Below are positions 41,325-56,085 of a stretch of 64,000 bases of DNA, piece after piece (position 1 is the stretch's first letter; each line of letters begins with the position of its first letter). Under the pieces are notes generated by a model. It did not search any database. It was not told the origin of the DNA and saw only the letters and a program-made list of their open reading frames with translations. The DNA comes from the human T2T-CHM13v2.0 reference genome, Homo sapiens: NCBI RefSeq assembly GCF_009914755.1, contig NC_060935.1, one strand, 5' to 3'. Made by a program: the position numbers and the translations under genes.

Positions 41325-42399
41325 TTCATATATACATTTTGAAAAAATGTACAACCTTATTACATAAATGGCCATGCATGTGGTAGTAACATACTAGACA
41401 AGGGTTTCAGGGATGACTCCCACCCACCCATAATCAAAATGTTTAACAAAGTCTATAATCTTCACCAGAAAACCCTCAGTTAAGGAGTGTAATTAAGGCT
41501 TTTCCCCCTTTAAAATGTAAAATATCTTGGAAAAAAGAAAGCACTTCCTAATGATTATTATACTAAAATATATTTGGTCCTTTATAGGTCTCAAATTGTG
41601 GTCCACAAACATCCTGACTCTTAATCATCATGTGTGTGTTTGTAGGGGATATTCTTTGTTAAAAATAAAAATTTCTGGGATCCACATAATTCTTATATTC
41701 ATTTATAATTCTGTCAATGTTTGAGAAAATTCATTAGGGAAAAAAAAACATCCTTCTGCTTACATACATTTGAGAACATTGATTTACACTGGTATTTAAT
41801 CTTATCTGCATATGAACGTCTCAATGACTTTAAAACCTCCTCAGGTAACACAACTCTTCAGCCACAAATAAAAACTACTAATGTAGACCTTGCAACCTGA
41901 CTCATTTTGATCATTTGCATTACACACTTGGTCCTGGAATATATTTGACATTGTACCCTCTCAACTTAGAACATGACCTGTGCTGAAGAGTACAGCATGT
42001 TGAAAGTAGAGACACAGACACTATAAGCTTTTACCAGAAGGGAGTAGTCAGAGAGAAAGCTTCCAATTAGTGAAGGTTACTAAAATGATCCAGACTGCTT
42101 TTGTGGAAATTACTGATGAGTAAAATACCAGAGAGGGGAAAGGACACCAGACAAAAGAGAAAATTGAATGACTTGAAACTATAAATATAAATACATAAAT
42201 AAACAACTTCATGATTTATAGTGAGTCTTACTTTCTACAAGAAAAGCAAACACTTTAAGTCACTTCAATCAATGGCAGAAAACAAAACTTTTCAAGTATT
42301 TTCTGTTAGGAAACATAGTTGGTGATATTTCTTTCAAAAAATTCCAGAAAGACAGGCCTTAAAGCCAACATATTCTCCCTAAAGTCAAACATGAACAAC

Positions 42400-42830
42400 C
42401 TCACATTGTCGTCCTAAATATAGACTCCTTATAGCTTGCCATCCAATGCCTCCACAACATAGCATCAATCTCTCTTCCCAGAATCCCATCCCATCATGCT
42501 CCCTGATGTATCCAATATTCTAAGCTATATTGAGTTCATTCTTTCTACGTCTTAAATTTCCTGGCTCTGCACATTTGCTCACACTGACAATGATGTGCTT
42601 ATTTTTCAAAATACAAATCAAATGTGAAATCCTACTTGGTGACTTGATGACTTTGTATTTCTCTCCTCTTGGAAAGAAATCTACCAGCCTCTGAAACTGT
42701 GGAGCACTTATTTCGATTTCTTTTTAACTGTATTATGTTCTACCTTGCATTATCTGTGCACATGTTTAAATATCTAATAAAATAAAGGCAGTATTTCTTG
42801 GTAATTCTATTTTCCCCCATCCCCTTTGGC
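42400..42830 (+). mobile_element. L2 fragment
   Basis: 'ctctgcacatttgctcac', 'atttttcaaaatacaaatcaaatgtga'. Confidence 0.5.
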
Positions 42831-43077
42831 AACTAGAACAAGAAACAGTCTGAAATAATTAAATTGTTTTTATATCCTGTCATATATCTTTTAGCTGCAG
42901 CCTGATTTCTTTTCAAACAGCAACTTTCTTAGCACTCTTCCAAATTTGTCACCTGCATTAAAGACCTGGTTTTGAATTTATCCAATGTTCTTTCTCATAG
43001 CTAGGCAGGAAAGATCCAAAATATTCTGACAAAGTCCTTGAATTTAAAATTCATGTGTTCAATTTTTCAAAAACACT

Positions 43078-43375
43078 GGCTTGGCACGGTGGCTCATGCC
43101 TGTAATCCCAGCACTTTGTGAGGCCGAGGAGGGCAGATCACCTGAGGTCAGAAGTTTGAAACCAGCCTGGCCAACATGGCGAAAACTCGTCTTTACTAAA
43201 AATACAAAAATTAGCCAGGCATGGTGATGGGCGCTGTAATCCCACCTACTCCAGAGGCTGAGGCAGGAGAACAGCTTTAACCCAGGAGGCCGAGGTTGCA
43301 GTGAGCCAAGATCGCACCACTGCACTCCAGCCTGGGCAATAGAGTGAGACTTCTTCTCAACAAAAGAAAAAGAAA
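43078..43375 (+). mobile_element. AluSx-type
   Basis: Full dimer; flanking repeat ttcaaaaacac. Confidence 0.95.
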
Positions 43376-43864
43376 TATGGTTCAAAAACACAGAGCAAAG
43401 TTTCATATTATAAAAAATTCTTTTTTCATTTCAAAGCATAACTTTCTCTTTCTTTAGTATAACATCTCTATATTGCTGGTTTTATTACTAGAGAGAATAA
43501 TATAGAATCCCGTCCACGCTTTTTCATATTTTAACAGCTTTCTATGCCATAGCTGTGATAATGGGCAGGTTGCTGAGCCTGCTGGTCACCTACTTATCTC
43601 TCTAAGAGCTCACCTTCGCAAAGCTCTGAAAAAGCGGTTAGTGCTCTTCAGTGGAACCTCCGTAGTCATAACCAAAGAATATTTGCTTTTGCACACTTGG
43701 AAGGTGGAATGTTCAGATAATGGATATTTCGTACAAACAGGAAGTCTCATAGTGGCATTAACATTTTTAAAATACTTACATCTGTTTTTACATTGTGTTA
43801 TTCAGTCCTTTATAAATGTGCCTTCCCTCTTGAGAGATACTTATTGGCCCTTGAATACACAATA

Positions 43865-45046
43865 GTTTTATTTAATGTTAGAACAGCTCAGAGGAGTGGG
43901 TAGCTCCCCTCTGTAGGCAGGTCGTCCTGTGGAGTTTTCAGCTCTCTGCAGAGAGGAGACCCTGGAGAGGAGAGCCCCTCTCTGCAGGGAGGTTGTGGGG
44001 ACAGTTCTGCAGGTCTCTGAAGCTCTCAGTAGAGAGGATAGCTCCTTTCTTCTCACTGGTTGTCTCTGCAGCTCTAAGCAGAGAGGGTACTCCTCTCTGC
44101 AGCTGGTCTTCCATTCCCAGTGTCTCTCTGCCATCTTCCTCTTCTGGCTGTCCTCTGCCCTGATCTAGCTGAGCCCAGGGCTTTTATGGACCTCAGAGGG
44201 GAGGAAGCGCGTGCCCACTGGTCCATGGGCAGCCATGGGCAGGCTGAAAGAGGCACCAGGAGTCCCCACTCCAGTCTGCGGGACTGACAGGCCCACCCCC
44301 AGCCTTCAGGCCCTCCCTGGCCTGAGGGTGGGGCCTTACTGGGGACCCCGCCCACTTCCGTCCAGGACTCTGTCTGCCTCCTGCCGCCATTCATAGCCCC
44401 GGGGCTTGCCCCCAACCATGCTCAGACTTCAGAGTGGGCCCTGGGAGTAGAGAAAGGCCAGGCAGTGGGATAGAGAAAGGCCAGGCAGTGGGAGCAGACA
44501 CACTTGAGCCTGCAGGGACCAGGGTACTTTCTGGGGAAACCGAGGGTACAGGCTGCAGAGACGACCCGGTCCTGTGCCTGGGAGGGCAGCGGCAGTTGCA
44601 CCCCAGAGCTCCGGCCTTGCCAACACAGAAGAGGCAGGGCTCCTGTTTGTCACCACTCCTGCCTGCTTCCTGGAGTGGGAGGCCCAGGTCTGCAGACGCT
44701 GCCACAGCTGCAGACACAGACCTGCTCTACAGAGAAGGCAGGACCCCGCCCTCCAGCTGCAGCTGCACCAGGAGGGTAGATCCTGCCTGTTCCCGGCTCC
44801 TACAGGGAGGCTGGGATCCACTGCTGCAGTTTGGGCAGCTGTAGTCCCGCTCAGGAGGGCAGGAGTCCTGCCTGCTCTGAGGAGCAGGCGTGTGTCAGCA
44901 GCTGTGGTTTGGGCAGGGCTGCAGCAGCAGGGAGAGCTCCCTACCCAACTGAGAAGGAGCAGGGCTCTCACTGGCTCCATGGAGTGTGCAGTCCCAGCCA
45001 TGCTTCCCTGCTGCAGCCAGAATGATAGCAGCAGCCACTGCCATCA
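43865..45046 (-). mobile_element. MER52 (MER52A-like) LTR, truncated just after its AATAAA
   Basis: The reverse complement starts 'tgatggcagtggctgctg'; GC-rich; 'gggcttttatggacctcagaggggagg' TATA region; ctctctgcag repeats. Confidence 0.85.
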
Positions 45047-46469
45047 TTGACATGGACCTTCGCAATTCTGGGCACAGGAGATTTTCCCTACTCCCCCACC
45101 CCCCACACCCCGCCCCAGAGCTTCCAGACTGAAACATAGAGTGGCATGGATTCTGGTCAGAGCACCCACTTAGGCCTATGCAGAGCCTCATGGACCTTGG
45201 ATCCCTGAGCACCTTGGCACCAGCAGCTGTAGCCCCATCCTATCCTGGGGGTGTGTGAGGCCATGCTTTCCCACATGCCCCCAGGATAGGGACCGCATCC
45301 ACAGTGCTAAGGAGTGGATGGACGGCAGGACTCACCTCTGCTGCACCAGGCCAGACAAAGTCAACAGGTCTAGGACTCCAGGGCAGCCACTTATCCTGGG
45401 TCTGAGCACTCTAGCTGGTCACAACTCTACATTTCTCTGAGGCAGAGCTCCCAGAAGTAACAGGCTTGCAGCATTTCCCACTGCTGTGGCCCTTGCCCCT
45501 GCTGCTCTGAGGCAAGGGAGGGAGCCAAGAACCCAAGAACTGTTGTAGGCCTCCAGCACGTCACAGGTGCTGTATGGAAAGGCAGCCAGACTGTTTTCCA
45601 CATGGGTTCTTGGCCCTACTACTCCTTACTGGGCAGGGCCTCCCAGCCTGGACCCCCAGCACAGCTGCCCTACCCCTGCCTGATCACTTCAGTTGATGGC
45701 CGCTTTGCATTTACCTGGGGTGGAGCTCCCAGAGACAATCAATAGGCCCTCCGGCATTGCCACCTCAGCAGTACCTACCCCTGCCTTCCACAGGCTAGGG
45801 AAGGAACAAAGACCTTGATTGCTTTTCTTGCACCTCTTGAAAAACACCACAGCCTCCCTAAGGAAAGGAGGCCAGACTGTCTTCACTGTGCTGCCCCTTC
45901 TCCCTCCCTGAACCTCCTCTGCTTTTCACCAGGCAGGGCCCTCTGGCTTGGGCTTCACCAGTACAGCTGCCACCACCCAGAGCTGATCATCCTGATTGCA
46001 GCAGCTCTGTGTTTCTCTGGCATGGCGCTCTCAGAGGCAACTGAGGGCCCCTCAGCCACTGCCACTGCAGCAGTACCTGCCATTGCTGCCCACAAGATAG
46101 CCATTTTAAGAAACAACAAAACTTATCTTCTAGAGCTAAAAATCTACTACAGGAATTTCCTACTAAAATGAGAACTATTAACAGCAGAATATACCAAGCT
46201 GAGGAAAGAATCTCTGAGCTTGAATGCTGGTTCTTCAAATCAACTCAGTCAAACAAAAATAAAAGAGAGTTTTAAAAAATGAACAAAATTTCCAAGAGAT
46301 ATAGGATTATATAAAAATAACAAATCTGTGCCTCAGTAGCGTTACCTGAGAGAGAAGGAGAGAAAATAAACAACTTGGAATATATTTGAGAATATAGCTC
46401 ATGAAAATTTCTCAAATCTTGCCAAAGAGCTTGAGATACAAATCCAAAAAATACAGAAAACCCCAGTGA

Positions 46470-46865
<396 letters not shown>

Positions 46866-49800
46866 AAAAAAACTCTTAAAGGCATCTAGAGAGAAGGGTC
46901 AAGTCTCATACAGAGGGAATTTCATCAGGCTAGCAGGAGACCTCTCAGCAGAAATCTTACAAATCAGAAAAGATTGAGGGCATATTTTCAGCATTGTCAA
47001 ATAAAAGACATTCCAAATAAGAATTTCATATTCTGAGAAACTAAGCTTTATAAGTGAAGGAGAAGTAAAATCCATCTCAGACAAGCAAACACTAAGGGAA
47101 TGCATGTTAAGTAGACTACCTTACAAGAGGTCCTTAAGGGAGTGCTAAACATGGAACCAAAAGAATGACACCTGCTACCAAAAATATACTTAAGCACATA
47201 GCTCACAGACACTAAAAAGAAGTCACAAAATGAAGTTTATAGAAGAACCACCTAGTAACATGATAATAGGATCAAAATCTTATGTATCACTACTAACTCA
47301 GAATGCAAATGGGCTCAACATCCCACTTAAAAGAGACAAAGTGGCAAGCTGACAAAACCTAACCACATGCTGTCTTTAAGAGAGCCTTCTCACATGTAAC
47401 AAAACAAACAGGCTCAAAGTAAAGGGATGGAGTAAGAGCTACCATGCAAATGGAAAACATAAAAGAGCAGGAGTTGCCATTCTTATATCAATGAAACAAA
47501 TTTTAAACCAATAAAAATTAAGAAGGACGAAGAAAGACATTACATAATGATAAAGGGTTCAATCCAACAAGAGAACTTAAGAATCCTAAATATATATATG
47601 CCCAACATTTGAGTACCTAGATTCATAAAATAAGTTCTTGGCCTAAGAAAAGACTTAGAGAACCACACAATAATAGTGAGAGACTTCAACACCACACTGA
47701 CATTGTTATACAGATTATCAAGGCATGAAACTAACAAAAAAATTCTGAACATAAACTCGAGACTTGACTAATTGAACCAAATAGACATAGACAGAACAGT
47801 CTACTGAGTAACCATAGGATATACATTCTTCTCATCTACATATGGAACATATTGTAAGATCAACCACATGCTTGGTCATAATGCAAATCTTAATAAATTA
47901 AAAAAATAAAATCATACTACAAACACACTCAGATCACAGTAAAATAAAAATAGAAATCACTATCAAGAAGATCTCTCAAAACTACACAAATTCATGAAAA
48001 TTAAACAACTTTCTTCTGAGCAACTCAGGAGTGATAACTGAAATTAGGACAAAAATAAAAAATATTCTTTGAAATTAATGAAAATAGAGAAACAACCCAC
48101 CAAAATCTCAAAGCAGTGTTATGAGGAAAGGTTATAGTGCTAAATGCCTTTCTCAAGAAATTAGAAAAATTTCAAATTAACCATCTAAAATTACACCTAA
48201 AGGAACTAGAATAATCAATAACAAATCATTTCTCAAGCCACCAGAAGAAAGGAAAAAACTAAAATTAGAGAACCTAATAAAATTGAGATATATCAATCCA
48301 TACAAAATATCAATGAAACCAAGTGTTGGTTCTTTGAACAAACAAACAAGATTGACAGATCATTAGCTAGATTAACAAAGAAGAAAAAAGTGAAGATCCA
48401 AATGAGTACAAACAGAAATGTTAAAGATAACATTACAATTGATCCCACAGAAACACAAAAGATCCTCAGAGAATACCATAAACAATCCTATGCACACAAA
48501 TTAGAAAGTCTAGAGGAAACAGATAAATTCTTGAAAAAACACAATCTCTCACGATTGAATCAGGAAGACATTGAAACCCTGGACAGACCAATATCAAGCT
48601 CTGAAATTTAATCAGTAATAAAACAAACACAAAAACAAAACAGAAAACAAACAAACAAACAAAAACCTGCTAACCAAAAGAAAGCCCTGGACCAGGGGCA
48701 TTCACAGCTCAATTCTATCAGGCATAGAAATAAGAACTGGTACTAATCCTACTGAAGTTATTCCAAAAAATGGAGGTGGAGGGGCACCTCCCTAATTCAT
48801 TGTTGGATGCTGGCATCATCCTGATACCAAAATCTGACAAAGACACACATACAAAAAAAACTCCAGGCCAATACCTTTGATGAAGATAGACACAAAAATC
48901 CTCAACAAAATAGTAGCAAACTGAATCCAGCAGCACATGTAAAAGTTAGTACACCATGACCCAGTAGGCTTTATTCATCGGATGCAAAACTGGTTTAATA
49001 TATGCAAATCAATAAATGTCCTTGAGCACATGAACAATTAAATACAAAAACTTATAATTATCTCACTCAATATAGAAAAAGCTTTTAATAAAATCCAACA
49101 GCCATAATTACAAAAACCCTCAATGAACTGGGCATCGAAGGACTATACCTCAAAGGAGGAAGAGTGATGTATGACAAACCCACAGCCAACTTCATACTGA
49201 ATGAGAAAAAGCTGGAATTATTCCTGTTGAGAACTGAAACAAGACAAAGATTTCTGCTCTCACCACTCCTGTTCAACATATTACTGGAAGTCCTAGCCAG
49301 AGCAATCAGGCAAGAGAAAGAAATGAAAGGCATTCAAATGGAAAAAAGAAGTCAAACTCTCTCTTCACTGGCAATGTGATTCTACGCCTAGAAAAGTCTA
49401 AAGACTCCGCCAAAGGGCTACTAGAACTGATTAACATTTTTAGTAAATTTTCAGGATACAAAATCAATGTACAAAAATAAATGGCATTTCTATACATCAA
49501 TAACAATGAGGCTGAGAGTCAAATCAACATCACAATCCCATTTACAATAGCCACAAAGGAAAGAAAATATCTGGGAATAGAGTTAACCCAGGAGGTGAAA
49601 GATCTCCACAAGGAGAACTACAAAACACTGCTAAGAGTAATCAGAGGTGACACAAACAAATGGAAAAACATCTCATGCTCGTGGATTAGAAGAATCAATA
49701 TCATTAAAATGGTCATATTGCCCAAAACAATTTACAGATTCAATGCTATTCCTATCAAACCACCAATGCCATTCCTCACAGAACTAGAAAAAACTATTCT

Positions 49801-51494
49801 GAAATTCATGTGTAAACAAAAAAGAGCCTGAAGAGCCAAAGCAATTCTAATGCAAAAAGAACAAAGTCAGAGGCATCACACTATCCAACTTCAAACTAAA
49901 CTATAAGGCTATAGTAACCAAAACAGCATGGTACTGATACAAAAACAGATACATAGACCAATGGAACAGAATATAAAACACAGCAATGAATCCTCACACT
50001 TATAACCATCTGATCTTCAACAAGGACAACAAAAATAAGCAACAGAGAAAGGATTCCCTATTTAATAAATGATGCTGTGGTAACTGGGTAGCTATATGCA
50101 AAATAATGAAACTGGATTTCTATCTTTCACCATATACAAAAATTAACTTAAGATAGATTCAATATTTAAATGTAAGATCTCAAACTATAAAAATCCCAGA
50201 AGAAACCTAGGAAACACCATTCTTGACATCAGCCTTGGGAAAGAATTGATGGTGAAATGCCCAAAGGTAATTTCAACAAAAACAAAAATTGACAACTGAA
50301 AACTAATTGAACTAAAGAGCTTCTGCATAGAAAAATAAACTGTCAACAGAGTAAACAGACAACTTACAGAATGGGAGAAAATATTTGCTATGAATCCGAC
50401 AAAGGTCTAATGTCCAGAATGTATAAGGAATTAAGCAAATCAACAAGCAAGAAACAAACAATACCATTAAAATGGGCAAAGGACAGGAACAGACTCTTCT
50501 CAAGACATAGAAATGGCAAACAAACATGAAAAAATGCTCATCACTAATCATCAGAGAAATGCAAATCCAAACCACAATGAGTTACAATCTCACACCAGTC
50601 AGAGTGGCTAATAAAAGGTCAAAAAACAACAGATGCTGGTGAGTCTTCAGAGAAAAGGGACCACTACACATTGTTGGTGGGAATGTAAATTCGTTCAGCC
50701 ACTGTGGAAAGCAGTTTGCAGATTACTCCAAGAAGTAAAAGTAGATATACCATTTGACCCAGCTATCTCATTACTGGGTATATACCCAAAGGAAAATAGA
50801 TCATTATACTAAAAAGACACAGAGTCATATGTTTATCTTTGCACTATTCATGATAGCAAAGACATGGAATAAACTCAGGTGCCCACCAATGGTGAACTGG
50901 CTTTAAAAAACTTGCTATATATACACCATGGAATACTATACAGCCATACAATGAAATCATGTCTTTTGCAGAAATATGGATGAAACTGGAGACCATAATC
51001 CTAAGCAAATTAACACAGGAACCGAAAACCCAACACCATGTGTTTCTACTTATAAGTAGGACTAAATATTGAGCACCCACAGGCATAAACATGGGAACAA
51101 TAGATACTGAAAACTGCTAGAGGTTGGGGGGGAATGGGTTAAAAAACTACCTATTGGGTACATTGCTCACTACCTGAGAGCAATATACTTATGTAACAAA
51201 CCTGCACATGTACCCCCTGCATCTAAAATAAAAGTTGAAAAAATTTTATTTTAATGAAAATAATACAAATAGATACGACAAATAGATTTTGTGGTTAATA
51301 TAAAACAAAATTGTTACATTGCAAACAATAAAGAAATGAAAGTAAAATTTTATATATATCAGAGACATTGAACATTGTGCCATGAAATCTTTTATAAGTG
51401 TACATTTCATCCTGAGACTTGCACCACCTATAAGGATCTCCTCCAGAGAACACAAAATATTATTAAAAATGCATCTTTTAAGAATACTAATTAT

Positions 51495-51497
<3 letters not shown>

Positions 51498-51527
<30 letters not shown>
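51498..51527. repeat. (ATC)10
   Basis: Seen directly. Confidence 0.95.
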
Positions 51528-51530
<3 letters not shown>

Positions 51531-51720
51531 GAAATAATTCTCCAGCTTTGCCTAGGTAAGACTACATCATGATTAACAGATAATAATATCTCCAGTCTCT
51601 TGGTCTTATTATAAACATATTATGTTTCAAGCGATTGCAGCTTGAAACAAGCCATTGTGATTACTCAACATTGTTTGCTCTACTTCCGTGCTCATGAAGC
51701 CAAACATGTAAACAATGCAA

Positions 51721-52057
51721 CAGGGACCCCCAACCCCTAGGCCATGGAAATGGTACTGGTCCATGGCCTGTTAGGAACCTGGCCTCACAGCACGAGGTGA
51801 GCTGTGGGAGAGTATAACTGCCTGAGCTTTGCCTCCTGTCAGATCAGCCATGGCATTAGATTCTCATAGGAACGCAAACTCTATGGTGAACTATGCATGT
51901 GTGGAATCTAGGTTGCATACTCCTTATGAGAATCTAATGCCTGATGATCTGGGATGCAGCAGTTTCAGCCCGAAACCATCTCTCCTCCTGCTTTGTCTGT
52001 GGAAAAAATGTGTTCCAGGAAACCGGTCCCTGGTGCCAAAAAGGTTAAGAACCACTG
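51721..52057 (+). mobile_element. MER1B (hAT-Charlie MITE)
   Basis: cagggaccccca...ggtgccaaaaaggttaagaaccactg; internal palindromic pair 'ggcattagattctcatagg' / 'ttatgagaatctaatgcc'. Confidence 0.92.
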
Positions 52058-52968
52058 CATACAGGTTTTCCTTCCACAAACGAATGTGCTAGTCTCATGG
52101 AATATTCTGGTGCATATACATTGAATATTCTGGTGTATAAACATATTTTCATGTTTAGATTAATAACATGATATTCTCCTTCAATTAGTGTTTTCATATT
52201 TTTTTCTTTTTTACTTTGGGAGATCATGGACAACCTAATATATTTTATACACACAACAATGTATTAGATGACCAGCAAATGCACCTACAAGAAAATGCAT
52301 AAATAATTGGGGAGAACTTCAAGATCCCTCAGAAATGTATACAAAGATACTAATTTACAATAACTCCCAAAAAATTAGAGATTCCAAAAGAAAATTCCAG
52401 AATCATGTCTCTCCAGTAAATTTTATTTATTTATTTTAATGGAACACTGTAAAATTACTAACGTTCTTTTAGCCATGGCTAATCTCAAAATTCAAGACTT
52501 TAAGAAATAAAAGAGTGAAATGGGGGACACAAAAAAGATACGAGTTTAGATATTTCTGATTCTAGAGGTTTATTTCTCTCTAAAGAGAGAAAATAAACTA
52601 TTTTTTAATACTAAGGTTTGTTTTCTACTTAAGCTGTAGCTCAACAGTGACGAATCTGAAAGACCAGCCATGTTACTGCTATTGTCTGTAAAATTGTTTT
52701 CTCTGCACTCCCCTTTCTTATTATCAAAGAATAATGATTGAAAAATCTGTACAAAATGGCATACAGGTCAGAGCCAAACCAAATCTCAAGTCTCAAATAT
52801 TTAGCCTATACAGCCTTTTTTTCTGGGGACTCTGTTCAACTAGCTGCTTCTAAACTTTCTTTTAGCTTGCCCTTTGCTGGAGATTTACTCAGGAGCAGCT
52901 CATGGCACTAAGTGCAGGAGGCACTGGTTTGAGGCTCAGAGCCCCTGGATTTTAAAACTGGCACTGCC

Positions 52969-53288
<320 letters not shown>

Positions 53289-53554
53289 AAAACTGGCACT
53301 GCCAACAAACAATACACTGTGTGTACTCAGTCAATCCACTAACCCTGCCAATTCTCTGGATCTTCATTCATAGATAATTCTAGGTATTTTTAAGCATTTC
53401 AGAGGTTAAATAGGCCTCCCTCAGGTTTCCTCCTGATCTGTTAGTCTATGGCTTGCATAATCTTTGATTTGGCTTTTATCTATGGCATCAGTTCACTCAC
53501 TCATCTACAGAGTGAAATATGTAAAGAAGGATGGCAGCAGAAATTTTCTTTCCC

Positions 53555-53680
53555 AGTGTACGGGTTCAAATGCTAATTCCTTTCAGAAACACTTTTACAG
53601 ACACATCCGGAAGTAATGTTTTACCAGCTATCTGGCTATCCTTTAACCTAGTCAAGTTGACACAAAAATTAACCATAAAA
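53555..53680 (-). mobile_element. MLT2C/D LTR fragment
   Basis: 'cagaaacacttttacagacacatccggaagtaatgttttaccagctatctgg...gtcaagttgacacaaaaattaaccat'. Confidence 0.8.
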
Positions 53681-54089
53681 CTCACTTGCAATGCGTAAAT
53701 CATTAATTAATCAAGATGTGCAGAGACAGAAGACACAATAAAGCACTACCTCTCACTAATATGTTTCCTAAAGTAACACACCCAAACTGCTTTGTGTGGA
53801 GTACACATATCAACACCACATCCACCACACACACAATATAATGCATTACTCTTTCTCTAAACTCATTCAAGTTTAACTTAGTCTTCAAGTCTTAGAAGGT
53901 GCTTATTATTTTCCCTTGTCTCATTCATCTTTCTGTTCTTTCAATCCTTTTGTAAGACTCCTGCTTTTGGATTCCCTCTTTGTATCTTTCCTCTGAATCA
54001 GAAAAATAATTGAACTGGAGGTGAAATGTATACTCAATCATCTTAGAAATTATCTGCAACAATTTTGGAGTCATTCTTTAATCAAAACA

Positions 54090-54910
54090 AAAGAACAAGC
54101 TAACCTCTGCGCTGGGTACAGCAAATGGAGGCCAGGGTGACAAAGTTATTATATGTGTATTCAGAGGCACTTGTGCTCAAACTATGCATAGTCTAACCAC
54201 TATTTACATTAGAATAACACAGATTAAATATTGTAAAAGGGAGCATATTAGGATTGAAGGGAAGGAAATCATATCTATTTGGAAAAATAAAAAAAATAGA
54301 ATGTGTAATTGTTTGAATATTTCTTTAAGGATAGAATAGATAGAAATTTGAATGATTACGGCAAAGATGGGGAAGGACATTTCGAGAAAAGATTACATGA
54401 ACAATGACAGGGAAGTGGGAGTCATTGATGCAATGCAGGAACAGGAAGTCAGCCAGTTTAGTTAATTTACAGGGTAGGAGCAAGGTAATCATGGATGATA
54501 ATGCTACAAAAGTAGGTAGGTGTTTGAGTTACAGCATTTGTACTTCAGTTGACTAATGCATGAGAGCCTTTGAGAAGTTTTAAAACAGATGTGTGCTGCT
54601 ATTTGGCCTCTGTCAGCATGATGTAGCAGGGGTGCGCTGACTGAGAAAAGCGGTAAGGCACTACTAAAATGATCAGGTATGTGATAATCAAGGGCTAAAC
54701 TAATTTGTCTATGATGGTGATATTTAAATCTACAGAAATTGGTTACTAATCTTACATTTGGAGAAAGTGTATACTGAATACTTTGGAGAATTCCACAGAA
54801 ACACAGTAACCAGGAGAAAGAGAAGATATTGATTCAAGATGATGTTTTCAATTTAGATAAAGAGGATTTAAAGCTCTTGGAACTTCTACAGAGATGTATC
54901 AATGTAGAGC
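54090..54910 (-). mobile_element. L2 fragment
   Basis: Purine-rich antisense L2 motifs ('gagcctttgagaagttttaaaacag', 'gatgttttcaatttagata'). Confidence 0.65.
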
Positions 54911-55859
54911 AATAAAAAAATAATAAAACATACATTAGCAAGAATCATAAACAGCCATTTATTCTAACTAACTCTATTGAACACCTACACATTTTTTTCT
55001 CATAGCCCCTAAAGTACAGGTGCTCCCAGCGAGCAAAACCAACAAGAATTCATGAGGAATAAATAAAAACTAACATAAAAATGCAGTCTCCCCAGGCATT
55101 CAGAACAGAAGCCCTAGCTGTAAGTTAAAGAATGAAATTACGTCCCATTAACAGGTAAGGGAGCAATTTTAGAGTATTTGGTTGTTGTTGAATAATGATA
55201 AAACTAAATAAATATTCCCAACTTATCTCTATAAATTATATTATATAACCATAGTATAATAGCATTAAAGAAAATTGAAAAATAAAACTATCTTTCTGAC
55301 AATAATTTTTTTCATCCCTAAGTCTTTTTCACATTCATGTAAATTCATATTTTCATAGTTAACCAATCATGCCATTTAATATTTTGTTTTTAAATGCGTT
55401 TCAGGTTGTCACATAGACTTCTCATTCATGTGTTTTTAGTGTCTGAATAGCAATCTCTTGAGTGCACTTGAAAACATTTATATACTTCATTCAGCTGTGA
55501 TGGGAGGTTTAGTCTATTTTAAATTGTGTTTATTTTACTTAATGTTGTAATGATGATCACTCTTGGTACCAGCCTCTCTAGACAACTTGTATCACTGACC
55601 TAGACACATGACTCTGGTATGCCAGAAACTTCTACAGGGAAGACATTTTGCCTTTTTCATTATTGTACCTGCTAAATATAGTGCATATTTGAGCCCAATA
55701 ATGTTTTAATGAATTGCTTTTTTTTTTTCTTTTGGTCATTTTTAGGATACACTTCTTAGAATAAAGAGGAGAATGAAAAGTCATTACTAAAGAAATTGAT
55801 GCATTTATGTTTATAATTATGCTGTCAAAATGTGTTAATATTATTTATTCTAGCACTGA

Positions 55860-55980
55860 GAGTCAACAAACATTTATTAAGACTCCACTCTGTGACAGCA
55901 TTATGCTAAGAACCTGAGATCAAAGACAAAAACCAACAAACAGACAAATATGATTGTTGAGCTCAAGAAGCTCACACAAA
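55860..55980 (-). mobile_element. L2 3' end
   Basis: 'tcaacaaacatttattaagactccactctgtgacag'. Confidence 0.7.
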
Positions 55981-56085
55981 CAGTTAATGGATATTCCTTG
56001 TCACCATTCCTTCTCCCTTCTTGAACTAATTTCTTTCTAGAGGGTAGCCTCCTCCCCAGGGGATACAGAATAAAGCATCCCATGT

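Noticed and set aside
43059-43406. 115-aa ORF (and similar ORFs at 17841, 53029, 63027)
   Set aside because: Standard antisense-Alu translations
43868-46238. Cluster of 60-190 aa ORFs on both strands
   Set aside because: The GC-rich MER52 LTR and L1 5'UTR have few stop codons; no protein similarity recognised
47260-50960. L1 ORF2 as a functional reverse transcriptase
   Set aside because: Broken by many stops and frameshifts; the FADD motif region is mutated ('tcactggcaatgtgatt')
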